Positions 39,341 to 48,807 of a DNA stretch of 64,000 nt are shown piece after piece. Under the pieces are notes generated by a model. It did not search any database. It was given only the letters and a program-made list of their open reading frames with translations, and was not told where the DNA came from. A program made the position numbers and the translations under genes. Each line of letters starts with the position of its first letter. The first letter of the stretch is position 1. The stretch covers positions 64,001 to 128,000 of the forward strand of contig JBOEGF010000004.1 in the NCBI GenBank assembly GCA_050633305.1. Direction: 5' to 3'. This DNA comes from Nannocystales bacterium (GTDB lineage: Bacteria; Myxococcota_A; Polyangia; Nannocystales; Nannocystaceae).

Positions 39341-39664
39341 GTGTGACGCCGTTCTAGGGGGTCCTCGCCTAGATGGAAAGACCCTTCCAGCCGTCGCTTG
39401 CGCCGTTGTGATGCCCCTGGCTCAGATTGGACCTGGCCCGGAGCGGAGGGATCCGCGGCCCAGTGCGGGACTGCCGCGAGGCTCAAAACCGGCAAGGACC
39501 CCAGAATCAGCCGTTGTCGGCGAGTTCTGCAGTCCTTGCGGCATCCGCGCTCTCGCGCCGCCCAGGCGCGCGGGGAGAGGGAGCGGGCCGACGATGGGAA
39601 GACGCTCACATTCGGCGCAAACTGTGCGCGCTGGTCGATCTCCTCGTGGGCCGGTTGTCGCGGC

Positions 39665-40222
39665 TCAAGCCGCCGCTGCGTAGCCGAAGCCGGCCGCATA
39701 TTCGGTCAGTGTCCCACGCATCAGCTTCCGCGCGCGGTGCAGGCGCGACATGACCGTCCCCAGCGGAATGCCGAGTTCCTCCGAGGCGTCTTTGTACGGG
39801 AGGCCGCCGAGGTCGACGAGCTCCACAACCTCGCGGTAGTGGGTGGGGAGGGCCTCCAGTGCCGCGACGACCTCGTCCGAGAGGTCGTGCCGATGCCACG
39901 TGGACTCGGGCGCGTCGGCTTCCTCCATGCGACGACGGTCGAAGAGGTGTTCGGCGATGTCCGGGCGGGCGGCGGTGCTCTGCACGACGCGTTGGTGGCG
40001 GTGACGAGAGACGAAGGCGTTGTAGAGGATGCGCGAGAGATAGGCGCCCAGGCTGCCGCCTCGGTCGAAGGACGACCAGTTCGCCCAAGCCCGAGTCAGG
40101 GCCTCCTGCACCAGGTCCGAGGATTCGCTGGGCTGATGGGTCAGCCGCAAGCCCAGCCGGTAGAGGCGGGGAAGGTGGGGCAGCGCGAGGTCGGAGAACT
40201 GTCGGGCGGCAAGAGCGGTCAT
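39665..40222 (-). CDS. ECF sigma factor (SigH/RpoE-like)
   Basis: SSDLVQEALTRAW, AYLSRIL.N, YKDASEELGIPLGTVMSRLHRAR. Confidence 0.9.
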   Translation of the reverse strand: MTALAARQFSDLALPHLPRLYRLGLRLTHQPSESSDLVQEALTRAWANWSSFDRGGSLGAYLSRILYNAFVSRHRHQRVVQSTAARPDIAEHLFDRRRMEEADAPESTWHRHDLSDEVVAALEALPTHYREVVELVDLGGLPYKDASEELGIPLGTVMSRLHRARKLMRGTLTEYAAGFGYAAAA

Positions 40223-40380
40223 GCCCGTCTAGAGAGCAAGGACGCGACCAACGACGATTCTCCCCTGATTCCAGGATATTGCGAGGGCTGGCGGCCCCGC
40301 TGCCTTCCGAAAGACATCGGTATTGCGACGAAGGATGCAAAAAGTAGCCGATGGGTGCGTGGTGCAAATCGAAACGACTC

Positions 40381-42231
40381 TTATTGTGGCGTTTCGATGC
40401 TCGCGCGGATCCCCCACAGGCCTGGACGCGTCCCTAGGACGACGACGGGATTCTGCGGGACACCTGCGCGTTGTGGCTCCGCCAAGAGCCACAAGGTCGG
40501 TGAGGCCCAGGGGGTCGGCCCGACGGGCTCGAAGACGAACTCGGCCCGGCCGCCCCGATCGTCCTTGGCGGCGGCACGCACGTGTACATCGGGGTCGACC
40601 ACTGCCAGGTGTCGGCGCCGCTGACCCCAGGATGCGGGGGCTTCGTCGGCGACCGTCAACGCCGACACGGCGGCGGCGCGGGCGACGGCTGCGGGATCGA
40701 GCATGAGGAGCGCGGTGTGCTGCGGGGAGGTGTCGCGCGCAGCCCATGCCGTGCAGGCCCGTAGTCTCGCCGAGTCCGCGGCCAGGAGCGTCTCGAAGGC
40801 TGAGGTCGCGACGGCTTCCGCACGCTTCCCCTGTGCGCGACCCAGCGCGAGGGCGGCCGCACATCGGTCTGTCTCGGACAACGTTCGGTCCAAGGCCCAC
40901 TGTGCCAAGCGGGCCCAGGGGACGAGCACGTCGTCGCGGAAGGCGACCCGGGTCGGCAGCGCTGCGAGTGCGAACACCCAAGAGCGTGCGGCCTCGGAGG
41001 GCCCGTGTGCGATGCCGGCGCGTGCGCGCTCGACCAGCCATGGGGGATGGGCGCGGCCGAGCGCGGCAGCGGCTCGCAGCCGATCCAGCGGCGGACCGAT
41101 GAGGAGCCGCTCGGCCCACGCCTGCTCATCCTCGTCCGGTGGCCATGGTGTCGGCACGGGTGCGTCGGCATCCATCGGTGCTGATGCCTGAAGCAAACGT
41201 CGGACCTCGGTGTCGAGGCGAGGGCCGAGGCCGCGGTCGAGCGCCTTTCGCAGCTGAGGTGCGGCGGCTTCCCCCAGCCAGAGCAGTGCGCGTCGGGCAG
41301 CCGGTTCCACACCTGTGTCCCGCAACCGATCGACCAACCCATCGATCAGCGCGGGCTCTGGGTGCGCACGGTCGCCGATCGCTTCGGCGACCGTCAACGC
41401 ACCCACGCCGGGCGGGGGAGCATCGAGAAAGCCCAGCAGGGTGTCGACGACATCCGCACTCGGAACGCGGGCCAGTGCGCCCAGCATCGCCCGCGTGACG
41501 TTGCCTTCGTTCTGGCCCTCGATCGCGCGCTCCAGCGCGGCCCGGGCCTTGGGGTCGCCCAGTCGTCCCAGCGCCACCGCTGCTGCCGCGCGAACATCCG
41601 GCTCCGGATCCTCCAACAGCCGAGCGATGGCCAGCGTGCCGTCCCCAGGTCCTTGCAGTCCCAAGGAGGTGACCGCGCGTTCGCGGACGGAGGACGCGCT
41701 GTCCGAGAGCTTCGACAGCAACGCGCGGCGGGTTCGGACCAACGCGTCACCGCGCACGGGGGCCCAACCGGCGAGCTGGGCGGCTTCGGCACGGATGGTG
41801 TTCGATGGATCGAGCATGGCCTCGAGCAAGATGTCGAGACGTTTGCCGCCGGGGTCGGTCGCGAGCACCCGCAGCGCTGGCGCCTGCAGAGTGGGGTTCT
41901 TGCCGTCGCGGTACAGCTCGGTCGCCGGGTCGAGGCAGACGGCAGCGCGGCGCAGGTAGCAGATCCTCAGCGCTTCACGAACGACCTGGATGGATGTGTC
42001 CTCGGTCAGCGCGAACACCAGAGCATCCTCGATGAGCGGGGTCGGATAGCGCTGCAGTCGAATCAGGGCGGCGACGCGATCACGATCGTGGTTGGCGTAG
42101 TCTTCATCCAGGAGCGCTGCTGCATCCCGATCGACCGCGCTCGGCCAACTCGGCCAACGCGCGGGGGCGGCGTGAGCCGAGCACGGAAGGGCGAGGGAGA
42201 GCAGCAGCGTGAGGCGGCCAGCGACGCGCAC
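40381..42231 (-). CDS. Exported HEAT-repeat protein
   Basis: Signal peptide ending AHA; repeats such as LEDPEPDVRAAAAVALGRLGD; start inferred to avoid overlap with the divergent gene. Confidence 0.75.
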   Translation of the reverse strand: MRVAGRLTLLLSLALPCSAHAAPARWPSWPSAVDRDAAALLDEDYANHDRDRVAALIRLQRYPTPLIEDALVFALTEDTSIQVVREALRICYLRRAAVCLDPATELYRDGKNPTLQAPALRVLATDPGGKRLDILLEAMLDPSNTIRAEAAQLAGWAPVRGDALVRTRRALLSKLSDSASSVRERAVTSLGLQGPGDGTLAIARLLEDPEPDVRAAAAVALGRLGDPKARAALERAIEGQNEGNVTRAMLGALARVPSADVVDTLLGFLDAPPPGVGALTVAEAIGDRAHPEPALIDGLVDRLRDTGVEPAARRALLWLGEAAAPQLRKALDRGLGPRLDTEVRRLLQASAPMDADAPVPTPWPPDEDEQAWAERLLIGPPLDRLRAAAALGRAHPPWLVERARAGIAHGPSEAARSWVFALAALPTRVAFRDDVLVPWARLAQWALDRTLSETDRCAAALALGRAQGKRAEAVATSAFETLLAADSARLRACTAWAARDTSPQHTALLMLDPAAVARAAAVSALTVADEAPASWGQRRRHLAVVDPDVHVRAAAKDDRGGRAEFVFEPVGPTPWASPTLWLLAEPQRAGVPQNPVVVLGTRPGLWGIRASIETPQ

Positions 42232-42256
42232 CGCCGAACGGTACCATCGGCGCACC

Positions 42257-42910
42257 ATGGCGCGAACGCTCCGGTTCAGCTTCGACTTCATCTCTCCGTA
42301 CGCCTATCTGGCCTGGGCTCGGCTTCACGACTTCGCGGCCCGCCACCGCCTGGACCTGGAGCTCGAGCCAGTGTTGTTCGCCGGGCTGCTCAACGCGTGG
42401 GGGCACAAGGGGCCGGCGGAGATTCCGCCCAAGCGCACCTATACGTTCAAGCACGTCGTCCGACTCGCCGCGGACCAAGGTGTGCCGTTGCGTCCACCGC
42501 CTGCGCACCCCTTCAACCCCTTGCTCGGGTTGCGCTTGGCCGCGCTCGACCTCCCGCAGATACAGCGGCGGACGATCATCGACGTCCTCTTCGCGCGGGT
42601 CTGGGCGATGGGCGTGGGGATCACAGATGCGGACGCCGTGGCGAAGGCGTTGTCCGGGGCGGGCCTCGAGGGTCCGGCGCTGGTCGAGGCTGCCGGTTCT
42701 GCGTCGAACAAAGCCCGCCTGAAGACCTTCACCGACGGCGCGCTGCAGCGCGGTGTGTTTGGGGTTCCGAGCTACGAGATCGACGGAGAGCTCTTCTGGG
42801 GCCAGGACAGCATCCCGCACATCGAGCGGTTCTTGCGGGGAGAGGACCCCGCGGGCCCCGAGGTCGTGGCGCAATGGGAGAAGCTTCCCGCGCAGGCTCG
42901 GCGTCCCTAG
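42257..42910 (+). CDS. 2-hydroxychromene-2-carboxylate isomerase / DsbA-GST-kappa family
   Basis: FDFISPYAYL, HPFNP, GVFGVPS...GELFWGQD. Confidence 0.9.
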   Translation: MARTLRFSFDFISPYAYLAWARLHDFAARHRLDLELEPVLFAGLLNAWGHKGPAEIPPKRTYTFKHVVRLAADQGVPLRPPPAHPFNPLLGLRLAALDLPQIQRRTIIDVLFARVWAMGVGITDADAVAKALSGAGLEGPALVEAAGSASNKARLKTFTDGALQRGVFGVPSYEIDGELFWGQDSIPHIERFLRGEDPAGPEVVAQWEKLPAQARRP

Positions 42911-42971
42911 GGACGCCCACGAGCGTTCGCTGAACTCCGCGAACGTCTGGACGATGGCGCGTGCGGTCCGT

Positions 42972-44567
42972 CTAGCCGCGAGAGGTGAGCCACCAGGCCG
43001 CGGCCGCGAATCCCCCGAGGGTCACGAGCACCCAACCAAACGTGTACAGCGCCCGCAGATCTCGGGGCGGGCGGGGAGGTGCTTTCGGAGCCGGTCCGGT
43101 CCGAGGTGTGGCGCGTTGCTGGGAGAAGCGGAGCAACTCGGCGCGGTCTTCCGCCGTGTCGAGCAGCTTGTGCAACACCGGGATGGTCTCGACGGAGTGC
43201 TCCTCGCCGGTTGTTCGGTCCTGCACGGCGTCGTCGAGTCGGAGCTCTCCCTTGGATGCGCGCTCGGTGAGGGTGGCGAAGGCCAGGGGGCCTTCGAAGT
43301 CACCATCGCGTACCAGGAAGTAGGACCGCCCGGGTCGCGACGTGTCCAAGCCCGAGTCTCGGGGGCGCGCTCCGGGTGCGTCATCCGCGGTGCTCATCGT
43401 CTCCCCGACGTTGGGGACATCGCTGGCCACGCCGTCGATCGTCTCCAGTCGGCTGGCGACTTCGTCCATGTCTCCCATGGACAACCCGAGCAGCGATGAA
43501 CTCGACGCGGCGACCGGAGCCGGGGTCGCAGAGCGAGAGGGGCGCCCGGGAGGCGCGGGGGGAGGTGGCGTCCGGGGTGCTGCGGGCGGAACAGGGGGGC
43601 GTTTGGGCGGCGGAGGCGGGGGGCCGCGATGTGCCGTGGCGGAGCGGAGTGCGGCCGGCGGTGCGACCGGAGGGGGGATGCCCGGACCCGGCGGTGGCGG
43701 AATGGGGGCGGACAGCGTCGCGTGCCGCTCCAATGGGCCCTCTTTGAGAGCCTCTGCGAGCTCGTCGCGAAACGCTTCCACATCGGGGGGCCGGGCGGTG
43801 GGCGAGGGCGCGGTCGCCCGTTCGAGACACATCAGCAAGGAGGGCGGGCCGACCAAGCCGAGCGTGTGAATCGGTTGCCCAGCCTCGACCAAGGCGCGGC
43901 CGGTGACCATCTCCATGAACAGGGCACCGAGCGCAAAGACGTCCGTGCCCGGGCTGAGCTGTGGGGTGGAGAGCTGCTGTTCGGGGGTGACGTTGGGCAG
44001 GCGTCCGGCCTGACGATGCCGTGCGAATCCGGGCGTTCGGGTGATGTGACGCCCGATCGCTTGTGCGGACAAAAAGACGCGGCCCGACTCGCTGACGAAG
44101 GTCGTGTCGGCGTTGACGTAGCCGTGAATCACCTCCGGATGAAGGGCAGAGAGGGCTTGGCACAGGTGCCCCACCAGCGTGAACGCGGCCTCGCCATCGA
44201 GTGGGCGCCCGCGAGAGATGCGGTGCTCGACGAAGGCTCGGATCGTGGTCCCACCCGGGTCGTGCTCGAGGATCAGGAGCTCACGCTCCGGCCGACCGTA
44301 GCCGTGCAGCGGGAGCAAGCCGCGGTGGGGGAGCTGTGCCGCGGCGTCGAGGTCACGGCGCAGGCCGGCGAGGACGCCCAAGTCGGCGACGAAGACGGGG
44401 TCCACGACCGTCAGCAACACTGCCACGCCGTCCTGCCACGCGCGGTAGCACGTGCCGTGCGGTAGGTCGGTCAGGTGCTCGCGGATGCGCAGCGGTGAAC
44501 CCCCGGTGGCCCCAGGGGCCACGAGGTCACCGGGCTCGAGCTCGGCGTCGACCGGGAGCGCGTCCAC
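42972..44567 (-). CDS. Membrane-anchored Ser/Thr kinase-like pseudokinase with Pro-rich linker and GYF_2-like domain
   Basis: Kinase C-lobe motifs TPEQ and DVFALG kept but no VAIK/HRD/DFG; YFLVRDG..EGP...L...G.L GYF_2-like pattern; C-terminal TM. Confidence 0.7.
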   Translation of the reverse strand: MDALPVDAELEPGDLVAPGATGGSPLRIREHLTDLPHGTCYRAWQDGVAVLLTVVDPVFVADLGVLAGLRRDLDAAAQLPHRGLLPLHGYGRPERELLILEHDPGGTTIRAFVEHRISRGRPLDGEAAFTLVGHLCQALSALHPEVIHGYVNADTTFVSESGRVFLSAQAIGRHITRTPGFARHRQAGRLPNVTPEQQLSTPQLSPGTDVFALGALFMEMVTGRALVEAGQPIHTLGLVGPPSLLMCLERATAPSPTARPPDVEAFRDELAEALKEGPLERHATLSAPIPPPPGPGIPPPVAPPAALRSATAHRGPPPPPPKRPPVPPAAPRTPPPPAPPGRPSRSATPAPVAASSSSLLGLSMGDMDEVASRLETIDGVASDVPNVGETMSTADDAPGARPRDSGLDTSRPGRSYFLVRDGDFEGPLAFATLTERASKGELRLDDAVQDRTTGEEHSVETIPVLHKLLDTAEDRAELLRFSQQRATPRTGPAPKAPPRPPRDLRALYTFGWVLVTLGGFAAAAWWLTSRG

Positions 44568-44639
44568 CCCACAAGGCTACCCCGAAGCCGCGCGTACACC
44601 GAAGAGTTGTCGGACAGACGGCGGCCCACGGTGCGCGAG

Positions 44640-46034
44640 CTAGATCCCGAGCGCCTCTTCGACCGTGGCGTTGCTGTTGTCGTCGCGGCCGCTGCGGATC
44701 CCCGCGAGCAATCCCCGCGCGGACTCGCGCGCTGCGGGAGTGGTCTCCTCGTCGTCGATGATGCGTTGCAGCCAGGGCTCTGCGCGCGCGCGAACCTCCG
44801 GGCTCGTGGCTCGCATTTGAGCCATCGAGAGGATCACCTTCATGGCGAACGTGTCCTGCGGCATGAAGAGGTCGACCCGGTCGTCCGGGTCTCCATCGGG
44901 ACGCATGCTCAGTTGAATGCGCGCACAGAGGGTGGCGTGCTCGGCTGGAGTCGCGCGGTCGTAGGCATCCATCAGCGCCAGGTTTGACTGCTCGTCGGCC
45001 AGGATGCCAAGACTGTGCACAAGTGCGCAGCGTACCTCGTGCGAAGCGGTGGGCAGCCGGGCCTCGAGGACTTTGACGACCTTGCGACCCCCGCGTTGAT
45101 CTCGATGCTGCGCGAGGGCCCAGGCGGCGAGGCGCTGCGTCTGCGGCCGGGCGGTGTACATAAGGTCCTCGAGAAGGGGGATGGAGGAGAGCGTCTGGAT
45201 GGATCCGAGCGCGTACAGGAGCCGGCCGTCGACCGTTTCATCGCGGTCCCGCTGCGCGCGGATCTCGTCGTGGATGGCACTGTCCGCCGCGCGGTGTTGA
45301 ACCCGGCCCAGCGAGACGAGCGCTTCCCGCCGGATTCGCGGGTCCTCGCTCCGAGAGGCGGCGGCGAGTGGGGCTTTGAGCGGCCGCCGGGTAGGAAGGT
45401 CGGTGAATCGACCTAGGGCCCATGTCGCCCAGATCGCGGGTTCTCCCCCTTCCTGGACCCGCCACTTGAGCGCCGGGAGGACCTGGGGTTCGCGCCGGAT
45501 CGACAGGGTTTGCACGGCCTCGATCTGCTCGGCCGGCGTCCCGATGTGCATGGCTACGACGTGTTGGCCGACCCGCCGGTAGTAGGAATCGAAGTCGCGA
45601 TTGACCAGGTTGAAGAGCGTGTAGGTGAGCACGCCACAGACGAGCAGTAAGAAGGGGAAGCCGATCGTCGTCCGCCGCAGCCCGGCGGCGATGTCGTCCA
45701 TCGAGTCGCTCTTCCCGCCCTTGGTGCTGAGCTGGGCGACACGGCCCTCGATGTGGGTCTTGCGGAAGCCGCCGCGGAAGAACAGTTCGTCGAAGAGGAA
45801 TGCGTCGGCGACTGCAACGATCACCATCGCGGTGTAGTAGCCGAACAACAGCGCCGTCTCGGCCCCGGATGAAGATGGGATGCCGCGGATGCTTCCCGCG
45901 ACGAAGATCGACATCGCAAACCCGCCGATGTTGGCCAGGATGACGAGGGTCCACAGCTTGACCCACACGGGAAGGGACCGTTGCACCCGGACTTGGGTGG
46001 AAGGCGAGCGCGACTGGGTCATCGATGTACTCAT
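44640..46034 (-). CDS. Membrane protein with N-terminal TM helices and HEAT repeats
   Basis: About three hydrophobic segments then repeats (IRREALVSLG, RLAAWALA, VRCALVHSLG); start inferred. Confidence 0.7.
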   Translation of the reverse strand: MSTSMTQSRSPSTQVRVQRSLPVWVKLWTLVILANIGGFAMSIFVAGSIRGIPSSSGAETALLFGYYTAMVIVAVADAFLFDELFFRGGFRKTHIEGRVAQLSTKGGKSDSMDDIAAGLRRTTIGFPFLLLVCGVLTYTLFNLVNRDFDSYYRRVGQHVVAMHIGTPAEQIEAVQTLSIRREPQVLPALKWRVQEGGEPAIWATWALGRFTDLPTRRPLKAPLAAASRSEDPRIRREALVSLGRVQHRAADSAIHDEIRAQRDRDETVDGRLLYALGSIQTLSSIPLLEDLMYTARPQTQRLAAWALAQHRDQRGGRKVVKVLEARLPTASHEVRCALVHSLGILADEQSNLALMDAYDRATPAEHATLCARIQLSMRPDGDPDDRVDLFMPQDTFAMKVILSMAQMRATSPEVRARAEPWLQRIIDDEETTPAARESARGLLAGIRSGRDDNSNATVEEALGI

Positions 46035-46245
46035 AGCGCGGTTGCGAAACGAAAGCCTGGTGAATGCAGGAAAACTCAGCGGTGTCTGGGGGTTGCGGTG
46101 TCTTCTTCGAGCTTGACTCGAGGCGCGGTTGCGGCCGCTGAGGCCCTCGGGAGATTGGACAGCCGGCCGGGCGAGAGGTTCCCGGTCAGCCCTCCTTGGG
46201 CCCCTTTTTTGGAAGGCCGCGGCGCGCCGCCTAGGTTCGGGCTCG

Positions 46246-47772
46246 ATGACTGAAGTTGCGCTCAGGACCGCTGCCGACGCACCCGACGGTGGACGCGCTG
46301 CGCCTGTGGAACGCCGAGACGACGGCGGTGCTGCGCGTGGCGGACCCGAATCGACAGCGGGTAGGATCGCCGCGCGCGTGGAAGGATTGGTTCTGCTCGG
46401 TGCGCTGGCGTGGGGCGGAACCCAGGTCCATGAAGCCTGGGCGGCCGGCCAGTCCGATGACACGGTCGTCCAGGGGGTTCGCATCGCAGGCGTGGACGCC
46501 GGGGGGCAGGGCGGGGATGGGCTTCTTCTTGTCGCCGAGGACGCGGGGCGCCAGGCCATGCAACGCGCGATGGTCTTGCGCGCTGGTGACGCTTCTGTAG
46601 AGACGACGGCGGCGGAGCTGGGGGCTTCGGCGGCCATCGACCGCGCTGTCATCTCGGCGCTCGAGGTCGCGCGCAGCGGTGACCCGGTGCTCGATCTGCA
46701 GGCCCGGCTTGCGGCCGCAGCGGGGGCCATCGACATGCCCGTGTCCTACAGCTTCGACGAGACCGCGGCGCTGGAACAACTGCAAGCTTTGGCACCCTCG
46801 GTCGAGAGCCCGTCGTTGCCGACGCGGCTGGACTTCGAGGGGCGCAAGGTGCTTCAGGCTCGGGCAGGCACTGCGCTGCTCGCCTACGACTCCCTGTCCG
46901 CGGTCGCGACCGGGCTGGCCTCGGGTGCCGCCGAGGTGGAGCTCGTCGTGGCGCGTAAGCCCGCGGTGGAGGACCCCTTGGGACATCTCAAGGGGACCCT
47001 GGACATCTCAGTGGTCCTGGGTAGCTTCGACACTCCGTACCGGTCGGACGAAGCGCACAAGGACCGGACCCACAACCTCAAGGTGGGCTCGACATCGATC
47101 GATGGGTTTGTCCTTCAGCCCGGGGAGGTGTTCTCGTTCAACGAGACCGTGGGAGCGCGTTCGGCCGAGAACGGCTACCGCTACGGCACCGGAATCTCCG
47201 GAGGAACGCTGGTGGACGTATTGGGGGGCGGAATCTGCCAGGTCAGCTCCACGATGTTTGGCGCCGGGTTCTTCGGCGGCCTCGAGGTCGTCTCGGCCCG
47301 TCCACACTCGCGCCCCAGCAGCTACGTGGACATGGGCTTGGACTCCACCGTGGTGTGGCCCAGCGTGGACATGAAGCTGCGTAACCCCTACGACTTCCCC
47401 GTCGTGCTGCACATGACCGTCTCCTCGGGAAAGGTGCATGCCGAGGTCTTGGGCCCGCGCCGGCCGTACCAGATCTCGTTCGAGCGCACGCTCGAGGAAT
47501 CACTCCCGTATCCGACGGTGTGGCGCGACGATGCTCGCTACCTCACCGGCTCGACGAGCCTCGCGCAGCGGGGACGTCGCGGCTTCAAGCTGAAGCGTAA
47601 GCGCAAGTTCTTGCAGGCGGGCGAGGTGGTGAAGACCGAGGACTGGGACCTGCGCTATCCGGCGACCACGGAGATCATTCGGCGGGGCACGAACCCGGCG
47701 GGAGACGTCCCGGAGAAGAAAACGCTGCCCGGACTCCGGGACCCCGATCCGACCCTCAAGATCGTTCAGTAG
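46246..47772 (+). CDS. VanW family protein with putative peptidoglycan-binding domain
   Basis: PGEVFSFNETVG.R, GGGICQVSST, PHS...YV..GLDSTV, D.KLRNP. Confidence 0.9.
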   Translation: MTEVALRTAADAPDGGRAAPVERRDDGGAARGGPESTAGRIAARVEGLVLLGALAWGGTQVHEAWAAGQSDDTVVQGVRIAGVDAGGQGGDGLLLVAEDAGRQAMQRAMVLRAGDASVETTAAELGASAAIDRAVISALEVARSGDPVLDLQARLAAAAGAIDMPVSYSFDETAALEQLQALAPSVESPSLPTRLDFEGRKVLQARAGTALLAYDSLSAVATGLASGAAEVELVVARKPAVEDPLGHLKGTLDISVVLGSFDTPYRSDEAHKDRTHNLKVGSTSIDGFVLQPGEVFSFNETVGARSAENGYRYGTGISGGTLVDVLGGGICQVSSTMFGAGFFGGLEVVSARPHSRPSSYVDMGLDSTVVWPSVDMKLRNPYDFPVVLHMTVSSGKVHAEVLGPRRPYQISFERTLEESLPYPTVWRDDARYLTGSTSLAQRGRRGFKLKRKRKFLQAGEVVKTEDWDLRYPATTEIIRRGTNPAGDVPEKKTLPGLRDPDPTLKIVQ

Positions 47773-47862
47773 GCCGGTTCCACTTTCTTGTCGCACATCC
47801 ACCCCTCACGTAACTCTGTGGAAGAGATCTGATGGAGATCTCCAAACCCGAGGACGCGAGCG

Positions 47863-48600
47863 ATGCGAGAGATGCACAAGTGGAAAGACAAGGTCGAGCT
47901 CAACCTCGACAATCGCCAGATCTTCTTCCTGTTTTTCGGCCTCAGTGTCGTCGGTTGCTTCGTGTTCGCGCTCGGGGTGATGGTCGGACGCCGGGTCGAG
48001 GTCGGACCTGGAGGGGAAGTCGCGGCGCTGTCGGCCGACTCGCTGTCGATCCTCGATGGCCACGGTGAGGTGGAAACCGAGCTGAGTTTCCAGCAGGGGC
48101 TCAAGACCTCGGAGATCGACGAAGTCCCTCCGACGCGAGACCTCGAAGCCGAAGCTGCAGCTGAGGAAGCCGAGGCGATGGGCATTCCGACCGCCGCGAT
48201 CGCGCAGGATGAGCCGGTCCCCGAAGCTGCGCCGAAAGCCGCAGAGCCCAAGCCCAAGGCGGAGCCCAAGCCCGCCAAGCCGAAGGCCAAGCCCGCAGCC
48301 AAGCCGAGCAAGAAGCCGACGGCTCTCGCGTCGTCCAACAAGAGCGCTGCCAAGGACAAACCCGGCGTCCGCAAGTTCACGCTCCAGATGAAGGCCTTCG
48401 CGAAGCGGGAGCAGGCCGACGCGTTCGCCGCCGAGCTCAACGCCAAAGGACACTCCGTGCGTGTCGAGTCCCAGGAGGTCAAAGGTCGCCTGTGGCACCG
48501 CGTCCGCGCCGGATCGTTCGACACCTGGGCCGCCGGCATCGCAGCCAAGGAGAACTTCGAGTCCAAAGAGAAAATCATCGCCTACGTCGTCCGCAAGTAG
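47863..48600 (+). CDS. SPOR-domain membrane protein (FtsN/DedD-like)
   Basis: N-terminal TM, acidic then Pro/Lys/Ala linker, FTLQMKAF...A...L...G...WHRVRAGSF SPOR motif. Confidence 0.85.
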   Translation: MREMHKWKDKVELNLDNRQIFFLFFGLSVVGCFVFALGVMVGRRVEVGPGGEVAALSADSLSILDGHGEVETELSFQQGLKTSEIDEVPPTRDLEAEAAAEEAEAMGIPTAAIAQDEPVPEAAPKAAEPKPKAEPKPAKPKAKPAAKPSKKPTALASSNKSAAKDKPGVRKFTLQMKAFAKREQADAFAAELNAKGHSVRVESQEVKGRLWHRVRAGSFDTWAAGIAAKENFESKEKIIAYVVRK

Positions 48601-48623
48601 CTTCGAGCTGACGATGCGAACGG

Positions 48624-48655
48624 GGCTCCCTCTTTGAGGGGGCCTTTTTGTGTTT
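48624..48655 (+). terminator. Rho-independent terminator after SPOR gene
   Basis: GGCTCCCTC-TTT-GAGGGGGCC stem (one G-U pair) followed by TTTTTGTGTTT. Confidence 0.8.
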
Positions 48656-48807
48656 GCGGGCTGCTGCGGTCATGCGATTCCTCCCGCGACCCGGCGTCCG
48701 TGCTTCGATCCTCTCTCCAGGGACCGCACAGGCCCCGCATTCGCGGTCCTCGACCCGCCGCCACGTCCGGGTAGCGAATCCCCAGCCCACTGCGGTACTC
48801 GATCGGC

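Noticed and set aside
40250..40275. Autoregulatory ECF promoter (GGAAT...GTT on minus strand)
   Set aside because: Spacing is 15 nt, shorter than typical; not supportable by eye
46040..46210. c-di-AMP or c-di-GMP riboswitch upstream of the vanW-like gene
   Set aside because: Only short fragments resemble the consensus; core conserved elements were not found
46246..47772. Vancomycin resistance locus
   Set aside because: VanW-domain proteins are widespread; no vanHAX or vanRS here
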